DNA of 64,000 bases from Sulfurimonas sp. (GTDB lineage: Bacteria > Campylobacterota > Campylobacteria > Campylobacterales > Sulfurimonadaceae). The notes under the pieces were generated by a model, which saw only the letters and a list, made by a program, of their open reading frames with translations, searched no databases and was not told the DNA's origin. Location: positions 106,786-170,785 of the forward strand of contig JAQTWZ010000001.1 in NCBI GenBank assembly GCA_028689055.1, written 5' to 3'. Positions 1 to 9,435 of the stretch are shown here, piece by piece (within the stretch, counting starts at the first letter, position 1; the number at the start of each line of letters is the position of its first letter). A program made the position numbers and the translations under genes.

Positions 1-600
1 GAACTTTGAACGCATACTTTCATCGATGCTGATACCAAAAAAAGTATCCATATATTTACTGTCTGCCCATTCTGTTCCTACTAAAAATGTCAAACTCAGC
101 TTTTCATCTAGTGCAACATGTTTAACTAAAGCGACATCCAGAATGAGACCATTATTATCACTTCCCATATACTGCGTAATGCCTCCTTTTACTGCAAAGG
201 AGTCGAACTGATAGTTGCCGTATGCTCTGGCTCCGAGTGCACTATCAATCTTATCTAGACCATCCAGCGCTCCGTCATTGTTGTTGCCAAATAATGCATT
301 ACCATTTTCATCTCGACCTGGGTCATAGGTTAAACCTATACCTACTTCATAAGGATGCTCTTTTAAAAGACGTACTTTCAATCCTTCTGCTCCAAATGAG
401 ACTTTATCCTTATACATGATAGTGAAGTAAGGAATTGGTAGCAAGGTGTATTTTTCACTCCCTTCATAAATTGGAAAAACTCCGACACCTGCACCAACAG
501 TCGTATGCCAGTTACTTTTAGAATCATCTTTTGCCAAAAGGTTTGTACCGCTTGCTACTAGTACGGCAGTTGTTAGATACGATATAAATCTCTTATGCAT
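1..600 (-). CDS. MipA/OmpV-family outer-membrane protein (partial; 3' end runs off the window)
   Basis: Absent from the ORF track because it is open to the window edge. My minus-strand translation from ATG 600-598 gives MHKRFISYLTTAVLVASGTNLLAKDD (signal-peptide-like), then VGAGVGVFPIYEGSEKYTLLPIPYFTIMYKDKVSFGAEGLKV, a MipA/OmpV-like beta-barrel pattern. Its start overlaps the RND pump stop by 8 nt. Confidence 0.65.
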   Translation of the reverse strand, partial: MHKRFISYLTTAVLVASGTNLLAKDDSKSNWHTTVGAGVGVFPIYEGSEKYTLLPIPYFTIMYKDKVSFGAEGLKVRLLKEHPYEVGIGLTYDPGRDENGNALFGNNNDGALDGLDKIDSALGARAYGNYQFDSFAVKGGITQYMGSDNNGLILDVALVKHVALDEKLSLTFLVGTEWADSKYMDTFFGISIDESMRSKF

Positions 601-3600
601 GACCTATCTCCTTTGTTTTGTTCACGGTTGTAAATTTTGCCGCTATATTCTCGCCTAGCATTAATAGGCATGGTGTTAGAATCAGTGTCAATATCGTCGC
701 AAAAGCAAGACCTCCGACAATTGCACTAGAGAGCTGAATCCACATTTGCGTCGAAGGTGCGCCAATTGTAATTTCTTGAGCAATCAGGTCGATATTTATT
801 GCCAATACCATCGGTAGCAAACCTAAAATAGTCGTTGCAGAAGTTAGAAGTACAGGGCGTATACGCTGTGCTACGGTTCGTAATACCGCCTCCATCGGCT
901 CAATTCCTTTTGCTTTCAAAATGTTATACGTGTCAATTAAAATGATATTGTTGTTCACTACAATTCCGGCAAGGGCGATAACGCCGATTCCTCCCATGAC
1001 TATACCAAATGGATTACCCGTCACAAGCAGACCTAAAAGAACGCCGGCAGTTGAAAATACTATTGCACTCAGAATTAGTCCGGCCTGGTAAAAGCTGTTA
1101 AACTGAGCGACAAGGATAATACTCATAAGGAATACCGCCGCTATAAAAGCTTTTATCAGAAATTCTCCTGCTTCCTTCTGATCAACATCCTGTCCTTTAA
1201 AACGCAGATTTACATCTTTATCAAAACTGCTGTGTGCGATTGCTTCTTTGAGTTTTTTTACCTGTGTGTCAACCAGTACGCCGTCTTCAACATTAGCTCT
1301 GATGCTCATGACCCGCTCCCCATTCACCCGATCTATACTTCCGGTTTTTCCGGCAGTTTCAAAGTGAACAAAATTTTGTACAGGAATATGTCCCTGAAGA
1401 GATGGTATGCGTAGCTGTAAGAGCTGTTCCAGAGAACGATTTTCGGTGGGAAAGCGCATCCGAATATCCAACTCTTCCTCGGCATCGTCAGGCTGATACT
1501 CTCCTACTTTCAAACCGGTTGTCAGCATTTGAACCGTATTGCCGATAGATGTTACATCTACCCCGTAGCGCGCAGCTTGCTCGCGGTTAATTTCAAGACG
1601 CCACTCTATTCCTGGCAAGGGACGAGAGTCTTCCACATCAACAAAGCCGCCGGTTTTATTCATGAGCTCTCTGAGTTTTTCGACCGTGCCACGCAGTTTT
1701 TCAGAATCTGATGAACGAATTTCTATTTGAACCGGCTTGCCCGCAGATGGGCCGCTTTCTTGTTGGCGTACCTCCGCCATTATGCCCGCTACACTTTTAA
1801 GACGCTTGCGCACATCTTCAATAATTTCAGATGCTGGCGGACGCTTTTTCCAATCTATAAATTCAAGCTGAATAATTCCTATCATGTCAAGGGGCATATT
1901 CTGCTGATTGCTCACGTCACTGAATGTGCGTGAATAGATTGTTTTATACACATCCATACCCAGAAGTTTTTTCTCGACTCGGCGCACCAGCTTATCTTTT
2001 TCGTAAACGGACAAATCGCCGCGTGCAAGAACCTGAACCTGAATAAAATCAGGCTCCATTTTTGGAAAAAACTCGACGCCGCGTCCGAATGAAATATATG
2101 CCGCATAAGATAAAAAGAGAAAAATAGTTGCAAAACCAAATACCTTTCCAGGATGTCGTAATAAAGGCTTAATAGCAGCTATATAGATTCCCGTAGCACC
2201 TTTAATATTATCAAGGCTGCCATCTTCTGCCGCGCTAATTGCTTCAGATGCACCAACATCTGCCACTTTTTTATTACCAATGATACCCCCGAGAACGGGA
2301 ATAAATATCAAAGCCATAAACATGGAAGCAAGGAGAGTTAGCAATACAGTGATGGGAAGAAATTTCATAAATTCTCCGACGACTCCCGGCCAAAAAATCA
2401 ATGGTATAAATACGGACAAGGTTGTTGCCGTTGAAGCAATAATCGGCCATGACATGCGTTTGGCTCCGTAAGCATAAGCCTGCTTGCGTTGCATACCCTC
2501 GGCAATTTTTCTATCGGCAAGTTCAATAGTGACAATTGCTCCATCAACTAGCATTCCAACAGAAAGAATAAGGCTAAAAAGTACAACGATATTCATCGTA
2601 TAATCCATTGCCTGTAAGGCTAGAATACCGGCCAAAAACGATCCAGGAATAGCCATACCCACAAGAATGGCCGGTCGCAAGCCCATTGCTGCAACGGCAA
2701 CAATCATTACGAGAATAATGGCTGTTATTACATTGTTTTGCAGGTCTCCGAGCATGGTTTTAACACTTTCAGATTTGTCCTGCATGTAGTTGACTTCAAG
2801 TGTTTTGGGCCATTGTTGGCGTTTTGATTCGATAATACGGCGAACATCTTCAATGGTTTCTATAATGTTGGCTCCCAGACGCTTGGTTACTTCGAGAACA
2901 AGCGCAGGCTTTTCATCAACGCGTGCAAAACCTGTCGGGTCTTTATATGCTCGACGAACGGTAGCGACATCATTAAAAGTAACCACAACTCCATCAACCG
3001 TTTTGATTGGAAGATTTAAAACATCTTTGATATTTTCGATGACTCCCGGGACTTTCATAACCATATGTCCTGCACCTATATCCAGAGCACCCGCAGGTAC
3101 AAGACGGTTGTTTAACTTAAGAAAATTGGCTATATCATCATAAGTGATATTATAGGCTTGCATGACTGAGGGATTTAAAACTACCTCCATCATCTCCTCA
3201 CGATCACCTCCAATTTGCACTTCAAGAACTCCTGAGAGTGCTTCGAGATCTTCTTTAAGGCGCTTGGCAATACTGACTAATTCCTGTTCCGGAAGTCTTC
3301 CAGAGAGCGATACAGAAATAACAGGAAACAATGCCACATTAATTTCCATAACACGTGGTTCATCAGTATCTGGGGGAAGATTTGGAGTAGTAATACTGAC
3401 TTTTTCACGGACATCAATTAATGCTTTGTCAATATCGTATCCGGCATGAAACTCGAGCGTTATAGATGCGTAACCCTCACCAGCAACAGAGCGCATCTCT
3501 TTTAAGCCATCCAAAGACTGTAGTTCCTTTTCCATAGGTTTTACTAAAAGTCTTTCGGCATCTTCAGGAGATATCCCCTCATGAGATATTGAAACAATGA

Positions 3601-3733
3601 AGGTCGGAATAGGAACATCCGGCTCAGACTCTTTTGGAATGGAAATATAAGCAAATGTACCCGCAACAAGAATCATAATAAAAACAAGCATAACTACGCG
3701 GGTTCGGTTAAAAGCGGAATCAATAATGCTCAT
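593..3733 (-). CDS. RND efflux pump inner-membrane permease (AcrB/HAE1-like)
   Basis: Over 1000 aa with the 12-TM RND layout and two large periplasmic loops. The likely true start is MSIIDSAFNRTRVVML (ATG at 3733), not the track's 3829, which would overlap the adaptor gene by 110 nt. Confidence 0.9.
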   Translation of the reverse strand: MSIIDSAFNRTRVVMLVFIMILVAGTFAYISIPKESEPDVPIPTFIVSISHEGISPEDAERLLVKPMEKELQSLDGLKEMRSVAGEGYASITLEFHAGYDIDKALIDVREKVSITTPNLPPDTDEPRVMEINVALFPVISVSLSGRLPEQELVSIAKRLKEDLEALSGVLEVQIGGDREEMMEVVLNPSVMQAYNITYDDIANFLKLNNRLVPAGALDIGAGHMVMKVPGVIENIKDVLNLPIKTVDGVVVTFNDVATVRRAYKDPTGFARVDEKPALVLEVTKRLGANIIETIEDVRRIIESKRQQWPKTLEVNYMQDKSESVKTMLGDLQNNVITAIILVMIVAVAAMGLRPAILVGMAIPGSFLAGILALQAMDYTMNIVVLFSLILSVGMLVDGAIVTIELADRKIAEGMQRKQAYAYGAKRMSWPIIASTATTLSVFIPLIFWPGVVGEFMKFLPITVLLTLLASMFMALIFIPVLGGIIGNKKVADVGASEAISAAEDGSLDNIKGATGIYIAAIKPLLRHPGKVFGFATIFLFLSYAAYISFGRGVEFFPKMEPDFIQVQVLARGDLSVYEKDKLVRRVEKKLLGMDVYKTIYSRTFSDVSNQQNMPLDMIGIIQLEFIDWKKRPPASEIIEDVRKRLKSVAGIMAEVRQQESGPSAGKPVQIEIRSSDSEKLRGTVEKLRELMNKTGGFVDVEDSRPLPGIEWRLEINREQAARYGVDVTSIGNTVQMLTTGLKVGEYQPDDAEEELDIRMRFPTENRSLEQLLQLRIPSLQGHIPVQNFVHFETAGKTGSIDRVNGERVMSIRANVEDGVLVDTQVKKLKEAIAHSSFDKDVNLRFKGQDVDQKEAGEFLIKAFIAAVFLMSIILVAQFNSFYQAGLILSAIVFSTAGVLLGLLVTGNPFGIVMGGIGVIALAGIVVNNNIILIDTYNILKAKGIEPMEAVLRTVAQRIRPVLLTSATTILGLLPMVLAINIDLIAQEITIGAPSTQMWIQLSSAIVGGLAFATILTLILTPCLLMLGENIAAKFTTVNKTKEIGHA

Positions 3734-4826
3734 GATTATTTCCCAAGTTATTTTCTGCTTTTTTAATGTCGCTTGTGTTAACAGCCGTGACTTTGTCCCC
3801 ATCGGAGACAAACCCTTGTCCGGTGACAATAATATTTGCTCTTTTTGGAAGGCCGGTCACATAGATTCCTTCAGTTATAGAACTGATGATTTTTGTTTTA
3901 TGGAATGCTACTAATCCTTCCTCAGTAACACTTTTTACACCAACATTTCCTTGCTGATCAAGCGTCAAAAGGCCAGGCGAAATGAAATGTGCCAGTACTT
4001 GGCGTTTTGGAATTTTAGCAATGATACTGGTTCCAGAAGGCTTGCCTTCTGGATTGGAAATTGCAATCTCAATCCGAAATGTTTTAGTTTGTGAATCAGC
4101 ACGCGGTGCGATAAAGCGAATTGTTCCTTCTTTCTTTTCTCCTGTTGTAAATTCTACTTGTGCCATACCGCCAATCATAAGAGCATTGATTTGCTGCTGA
4201 GGCACCGGTACTGTAGCAATAAGAGGATTGTTTTCTATAATCGTGGAAAGCTCGTCTCCCACAGAGACATAATCACCGATTTCAATCTGCTGGATAGAAA
4301 TAATACCAGCAAACGGTGCTTTTATAGAAGTGTTTTTGATATCAACTTTTATCTGCTCTTCATCAGCTAGAGCGCTCTTATACTCAGAGTAGGCCATATC
4401 GATTTTTGTTTTTGCGGTATAACCTTTTTCTCCAAGATTGCGAACTGCTGTATACTTCTGCTTCATTTCAAAGCTTTTTGCTTCTGCTTTGGCAAGTCTT
4501 GCTTTACGGTCTTTCATATCAAGCTGCAAAATAATATTACCCGCTTTAACAGCGGCACCTTCATCAAGTGTTACTTTTTCAATGCTTCCGGCAGTTTCTG
4601 CACGCAGAGTAACTTCTCGATTTGGCATAACATCGCCGTATGTTACGATATAGCTTGTTACCGGTTGTGCCTCTTGCGTTTTAAACTCGACAACTACTTC
4701 ATGAACTTCATGGCGTAGTTGATTATTTTGCTCAGAGGATGTGTCTTTATCTCCTGTCATGCCTATGGCCATCCAGATAGCAATTGCGCCTACTAGGCCG
4801 GTCGCAGTCAGTAAAGATGTTTTCAT
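3720..4826 (-). CDS. RND efflux periplasmic adaptor (membrane fusion protein, HlyD family)
   Basis: N-terminal TM helix, coiled-coil hairpin region (KDRKARLAKAEAKSFEMKQKY), then beta-barrel domains. It lies directly upstream of and overlaps the RND permease. Confidence 0.85.
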   Translation of the reverse strand: MKTSLLTATGLVGAIAIWMAIGMTGDKDTSSEQNNQLRHEVHEVVVEFKTQEAQPVTSYIVTYGDVMPNREVTLRAETAGSIEKVTLDEGAAVKAGNIILQLDMKDRKARLAKAEAKSFEMKQKYTAVRNLGEKGYTAKTKIDMAYSEYKSALADEEQIKVDIKNTSIKAPFAGIISIQQIEIGDYVSVGDELSTIIENNPLIATVPVPQQQINALMIGGMAQVEFTTGEKKEGTIRFIAPRADSQTKTFRIEIAISNPEGKPSGTSIIAKIPKRQVLAHFISPGLLTLDQQGNVGVKSVTEEGLVAFHKTKIISSITEGIYVTGLPKRANIIVTGQGFVSDGDKVTAVNTSDIKKAENNLGNNHEHY

Positions 4827-5374
4827 GAAGTTTTTTCAATCTCGCCGTCGTCAGACTGACGAACAAACCGATTAGCATTTTTTTCCAGAAATTCTTTTTC
4901 TGCTTCCATCATTGTCATGGCGTAATCAACAAGGAAATGGGGGCCAATCCCTGCGTTTAGGCTTTCGTCACTTGTCTGCCAACTATTACATACATTTGTC
5001 CAATGCCCAAGCTCATTCAGCCTCTCAATCATAATTTCTTGCATACGTTCTGAATTGAGTGTATCTGCAAAAAACATTAACAACATAAGTTGTGAACGTA
5101 CTTTGTGCTTAGGTGAAAGATTCTGAAGGCTCTTTGTCCAAACATTTCGTCCCTTTTCCGTCAAACGGTAGATTTTTTTATCCGGGTATTTTTCCTGTTT
5201 TATTATAGTATAGGTAACAAGATTCTCTTGTGATAGATTTTTCAATGCCGGATAGACAGCGTTCGTAGAAACATCCATAAAGTGACCAAAATTCTCCTCT
5301 AATTGTTTTCGGATATCGTATCCAGAAGCATCTCCAAGCGTTAATATTCCAAGGCAGAGCGTTTTTGTGTTCAT
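4823..5374 (-). CDS. PadR-family transcriptional regulator
   Basis: Winged-helix signature GYDIRKQL...AVYPALKNLSQENLVTY..KKIYRLTEKG. It is the first gene of the efflux operon and overlaps the adaptor gene by 4 nt. Confidence 0.8.
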   Translation of the reverse strand: MNTKTLCLGILTLGDASGYDIRKQLEENFGHFMDVSTNAVYPALKNLSQENLVTYTIIKQEKYPDKKIYRLTEKGRNVWTKSLQNLSPKHKVRSQLMLLMFFADTLNSERMQEIMIERLNELGHWTNVCNSWQTSDESLNAGIGPHFLVDYAMTMMEAEKEFLEKNANRFVRQSDDGEIEKTS

Positions 5375-5521
5375 AAATATTCCTTCAAATAGTTTATTTT
5401 GTACTAGTATATAGTATAATAGTATGAAACAGCTTAACTTTCTGTAATAATTTTATTTTTGCATAATTACTAGATAAGAATAGCTTATTTAATTCAGTAT
5501 AAGTGAGTCAAAAATTTCCAA

Positions 5522-5556
5522 TATATAGTACACAACACTACACTGTGTACTATATA
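5522..5556. repeat. 13-bp perfect inverted repeat (TATATAGTACACA / TGTGTACTATATA) with a 9-nt spacer
   Basis: Read directly from the sequence. It lies about 100 nt downstream of the last gene of the hsd operon (minus strand). It could be a terminator hairpin or a protein-binding site. Confidence 0.6.
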
Positions 5557-5654
5557 ATTGAGTAGTGTTCTATTCTGAGGACTCTTTTATGCAAAGTGAT
5601 CAACTGTTCATATTTGACAATAAGTATTTGTTCAATATGTAACATTTAAGACTG

Positions 5655-6323
5655 CTACATAAATAGATCTGGGCCATTATTTTTAAGCCATTCTTTTTTT
5701 TCTATATAACTTGGCATCAAACGCTGCACTTCTCTCCAGAATCGTTCATTATGCGTATGCTCCTTAAAGTGAGCAATTTCGTGAATGATAATATAGTCAA
5801 TGACACCTATCGGCGCCATAGCAATCTTCCAGTTAAAATTTAAAACGCCGTCTTTTGTGCATGAGCCCCAACGGTAACCAAGTTCCATTATCTTATACTC
5901 GGGAAGTTCTAGGTTCAGATTTTTGTTTAAAGATTCCAGCCGTTCTTTGATTTTATCTTTTAAATGTTGCGTGTACCAGATTTTAAAGAGCTCTTTCGCT
6001 TTTGGTTGATATTTTTTGCCGAGGATAAACCAGCCATTTTTTAATTTTAAAGCAGAGTCTTCATCAACAATTTTAAGCCTATAACTTCTTCCCAAATAAT
6101 AAAAGCTCTCACCTGAAATAAACTTTTTTTGAGTGACTTTATCGTTATGCTCTTTTTTGATAGCAAGCTTTTCCCAAATCCATAATCTCTTTTTATAGAC
6201 ATGCTTATCTATTTCATCTTTCTCTAGCTCTTGAGGCGCATTTACAACTATGCTACCATTTCTCTCAACTGTTATGCCAATGCTAGAGCGTTTCGATCGT
6301 ACTAGGTCATAATCAATTAGCAA
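5655..6323 (-). CDS. DUF45/YgjP-like zinc metallopeptidase (M48/WLM-like) commonly linked to hsdR
   Basis: HExxH motif in IIIHEIAHFKEHTHNERFW. Probable TTG start. It overlaps the hsdR stop by 11 nt. Confidence 0.75.
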   Translation of the reverse strand: MLIDYDLVRSKRSSIGITVERNGSIVVNAPQELEKDEIDKHVYKKRLWIWEKLAIKKEHNDKVTQKKFISGESFYYLGRSYRLKIVDEDSALKLKNGWFILGKKYQPKAKELFKIWYTQHLKDKIKERLESLNKNLNLELPEYKIMELGYRWGSCTKDGVLNFNWKIAMAPIGVIDYIIIHEIAHFKEHTHNERFWREVQRLMPSYIEKKEWLKNNGPDLFM

Positions 6324-9300
6324 GCTCTAACCTCTTGAGCGGTTCATTGTTTTCTTTGGTAAGGCTCATATATTTTTCTTTTATATCAGGAATGTTTTTT
6401 ATGAGATTGGTTTGTTTTGAGTTTGCGATAAGACCTATCAAATAGTTCTCAAGATTGTGTCTTGAGTTCTCTCCTGTTGCGCCCCAAAAATCAACTCTTT
6501 TTATCTCTCGTGAAGCTTGTTCTACACTATTTATGACCAAATCAACGATAGTGTCGCATACTAAAGATGTACACTCTTCTGCGCTAAAATAACTCGTAAA
6601 GAGATCATAATAAGGCATACAGACTTCACAGTTAATTTTTTCAAACACCTCGAGTATTTCTCGTCCACCTTGCATCTCTTTTTTAAACTTAGAGAGCTTC
6701 TCAACTAACTTTTCCCATTCGCCTTTATGCTCAGCAATAATCTTTTCAAGTTTTTCCGCAAGAGACTTGTAATAAATCGGATCTTTATCAATATTTATTC
6801 GAATGGTATATCTCAGTGCATGTTCCATCTCAGAAGCAACAGCTTTATCTGGTCTGCCCTTGATTGCATCGCCAAACTCTTCATCAAAGATAGAGATCGG
6901 TCTCACTTTTGTTTCTATCCCTTCGCTAATGAGGTGCTCATCTATAAGTGCTCTTACTTTTGCGCCAAGACCTTCAATATTTAACTCCATATCTCTATAT
7001 CTGCGTTGTACTTCATTTTTAATAAGTCCCAATATCTTCGCATCATCTAAGTAGTATTTTTTAATTGGATTTGGCAAAATGAAATCAATAAGTTTTGTGA
7101 ACTCTTTAAACAGTACCTTAAATTCTTGGCGAAGCTTTTCGTCTGCAAGCAATATAATTGTATCTTCTAAAGTAGCATCACTTATCTCCTCAATCCCTTT
7201 TTCCGTAAAAAATTGCATCGCTTTTCTATGAGAGAGTTCTAACTGTGAAAGCTCGCTACTTTTATCACTCATGATGTCTGCGACATCACCGGCTTCATAG
7301 GATGCAAGAGCATCTTTAAGATGCGCTCCAACACCGTAATAATCAACAATAAGTCCTCTTGTCTTACCCTCATAAGTACGATTTACCCTAGCTATTGCTT
7401 GAAGCAGATTATGCGCTGTCAACTTTTTGTCCAGATACATAACTTGTTCTATCGGTGCATCAAAACCGGTAAGAAGCATATCGCTTACCACCAAAAAAGC
7501 AAGCTGGGACGTTTTTTGCATGTCGTAAATATCATCGCCATCTTTAGCATCATAAGGCGACATGCTAAAAAGTGGCTTTTTAAAATTGACTACGCTTTGC
7601 TCTTTATGCGTTTTTGAACTGTACTCTTTTGGAAACTCGTCTGCGTTATCGTTATGCTGATGAGATATGACAACTGTACTGCTTAACTTACCTACAAGTA
7701 CTTTATAAGGGTTATTGCCGTCCATTTTTTGATGGTACTCTGCTAACGCTTTTGAAATAGCTGTGTTGTAACGAAGTGCTGCTTTTCTTGATGAGCTAAC
7801 AACTTGTGCTTTGTAGCCGTTTGGCAATATATTTTCTACATAGTGTCTTACCATGTCTTTGGCGATGGCTTCTATGCGTTTGGGAGCTTCTAAAATATTG
7901 CCCTTTGTACCGTATTTCTTTTTTATCTGTTCTTGCTGCTCTTTTGCTAAATCTGCAAACAAGTCTTCAAACTTACCGTCAAATTCACCCTTGTTCTCGA
8001 TGGCATCTTTGGAAGTCATTCCCTCATAGATGATGGGAACCGTAGCCCCATCATCTACAGCTTCTCTAATCTTATAAGTGTCAATGTAAGAGCCAAAAGA
8101 ATCTACTGTTTTTTCAACCGGTGTTCCCGTAAAAGCAATCCTTACTGCGTTTGGAAGAGCGGTCCTAAGTGCTGCGCCAAGTTTTGAGTACTGCGTTCGG
8201 TGCGCTTCGTCTATGAGTACAAGTATCTCCTCTTTATCGCTAAGAGATTTAAAAGCCTCATCATCATTGAACTTTTGCATCATAGTCATCGTGATATCAC
8301 TCACATCATTAGAGAGTTTCTTTTTCAAGTCATTCGCACTTATAGCAACCGATATTTTCTCACTAGTAAGTGTCGCAGTATCTTCAAGTTGTTCTTCCAA
8401 ATCACTTCTATCGACTATGAATAAAATTTTATAATTTTGCATCTCTTTTTGATGTCTTGAGTGTTTGATGAGAAAAACCATCGTAAGTGATTTTCCGCTT
8501 CCCTGAGTATGCCAAATAACGCCGTTGCGCTCTTTTACACTCTTAGCCTCAACGATTCGTTTTATAGTCTTCTTAACTGCTCTATACTGCTGATAACGGC
8601 ATACGACCTTTACACGTTTGCGTCCGCTTCCCATGACGATAGTAAAATCTCTCATAATTTCAAGAAGGTTTTGCTTACAGAGCATTCCGGCAACTAAAAT
8701 ATCCTGTTCATCACTGCCGAATTTTTCTAGTGATTCTGGATATGGGTCTTTCCAACTAAGATAATGCTCTAATTTTGAGCTGATAGTGCCGGATTTTGCT
8801 TGTGTTCTTGAGGAAGTTACCACGAAGGCATTGGTATTGAAAAGTTTAGAAGCACCTTCGGCCTGTTCAGTTCCTCTTGTGTTCATATACCTTTTAAGTT
8901 GATTGACCGCTTCTGCCATCGGGTCTGTTATATCGGGAGCTTTACACTCGACAACAACCAAGGGGATGCCGTTTACGAAAAGTGTAATATCTGGAATGAT
9001 AGTCTGAGCACCATCGACCATAAACTGTGAAATTGCCAAAAAGTCATTGTTTTTTATATTTTCAAAGTCTATATATCGTACCGTAGGAGATTTTGCACCT
9101 GTGTCATGGTTGAGATCCACCGATGTATTTTCAAGCAAGAGTTCGCTACATGCGAGATTGTTTTCAAAAAGAGAAGATTTGTTGATGTTTTCTAAGGTAG
9201 CTATGACCTCCTTTACCTGCTCATCTTTGAGCCATGAGCCGTTGATTCTTTTTATGGCAGATGAGAGTTTATCTTTTAATAGTACCTCTTTAAAGCTAGT

Positions 9301-9435
9301 TCTATTTAAAAGAGCTTTATCGGTTCTATGTTTATTATCCGCGTCTTCTACAACTAAAGTGTCCCATTCAAGCACTTTTAATTGCTCTAAAAATTTCTCT
9401 TCAACATACTTCGCTTCTCGTATCCAACTGCTCAT
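6313..9435 (-). CDS. hsdR: Type I restriction endonuclease subunit R
   Basis: Helicase motif I WHTQGSGKSLTM and DEAH box LIDEAHRTQY, with an N-terminal nuclease region (VVVECKAP). The preferred start is MSSWIREAKY at 9435, which forms an ATGA overlap with the upstream stop. Confidence 0.93.
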   Translation of the reverse strand: MSSWIREAKYVEEKFLEQLKVLEWDTLVVEDADNKHRTDKALLNRTSFKEVLLKDKLSSAIKRINGSWLKDEQVKEVIATLENINKSSLFENNLACSELLLENTSVDLNHDTGAKSPTVRYIDFENIKNNDFLAISQFMVDGAQTIIPDITLFVNGIPLVVVECKAPDITDPMAEAVNQLKRYMNTRGTEQAEGASKLFNTNAFVVTSSRTQAKSGTISSKLEHYLSWKDPYPESLEKFGSDEQDILVAGMLCKQNLLEIMRDFTIVMGSGRKRVKVVCRYQQYRAVKKTIKRIVEAKSVKERNGVIWHTQGSGKSLTMVFLIKHSRHQKEMQNYKILFIVDRSDLEEQLEDTATLTSEKISVAISANDLKKKLSNDVSDITMTMMQKFNDDEAFKSLSDKEEILVLIDEAHRTQYSKLGAALRTALPNAVRIAFTGTPVEKTVDSFGSYIDTYKIREAVDDGATVPIIYEGMTSKDAIENKGEFDGKFEDLFADLAKEQQEQIKKKYGTKGNILEAPKRIEAIAKDMVRHYVENILPNGYKAQVVSSSRKAALRYNTAISKALAEYHQKMDGNNPYKVLVGKLSSTVVISHQHNDNADEFPKEYSSKTHKEQSVVNFKKPLFSMSPYDAKDGDDIYDMQKTSQLAFLVVSDMLLTGFDAPIEQVMYLDKKLTAHNLLQAIARVNRTYEGKTRGLIVDYYGVGAHLKDALASYEAGDVADIMSDKSSELSQLELSHRKAMQFFTEKGIEEISDATLEDTIILLADEKLRQEFKVLFKEFTKLIDFILPNPIKKYYLDDAKILGLIKNEVQRRYRDMELNIEGLGAKVRALIDEHLISEGIETKVRPISIFDEEFGDAIKGRPDKAVASEMEHALRYTIRINIDKDPIYYKSLAEKLEKIIAEHKGEWEKLVEKLSKFKKEMQGGREILEVFEKINCEVCMPYYDLFTSYFSAEECTSLVCDTIVDLVINSVEQASREIKRVDFWGATGENSRHNLENYLIGLIANSKQTNLIKNIPDIKEKYMSLTKENNEPLKRLELAN

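Noticed and set aside
1232-3449. Many 60-130-aa ORFs antisense to large genes. Examples lie inside the RND pump, hsdR, hsdM, rpoA and the ribosomal genes, such as 2790-3143, 9047-9442 and 19285-19707.
   Set aside because: They lie entirely within well-supported genes on the opposite strand and have no recognisable motifs or ribosome-binding sites. They are typical shadow ORFs.
3734-3829. Long N-terminal extensions in the ORF track: RND pump to 3829, hsdS to 16820, hsdR to 9450, integrase to 29481, malic enzyme from 31051.
   Set aside because: Each extension overlaps the upstream gene heavily and reads as low-complexity or non-homologous sequence. Internal starts (3733, 16724, 9435, GTG 29340, 31063) give canonical N-termini and tidy ATGA overlaps or ribosome-binding sites.
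5379-5388. 10-bp match ATTCCTTCAA shared by the left (5379-5388) and right (30980-30989) island borders, considered as possible att direct repeats.
   Set aside because: A single 10-mer match between about 280-bp and about 460-bp AT-rich regions is within chance expectation. The left copy is simply the PadR gene's ribosome-binding-site region.
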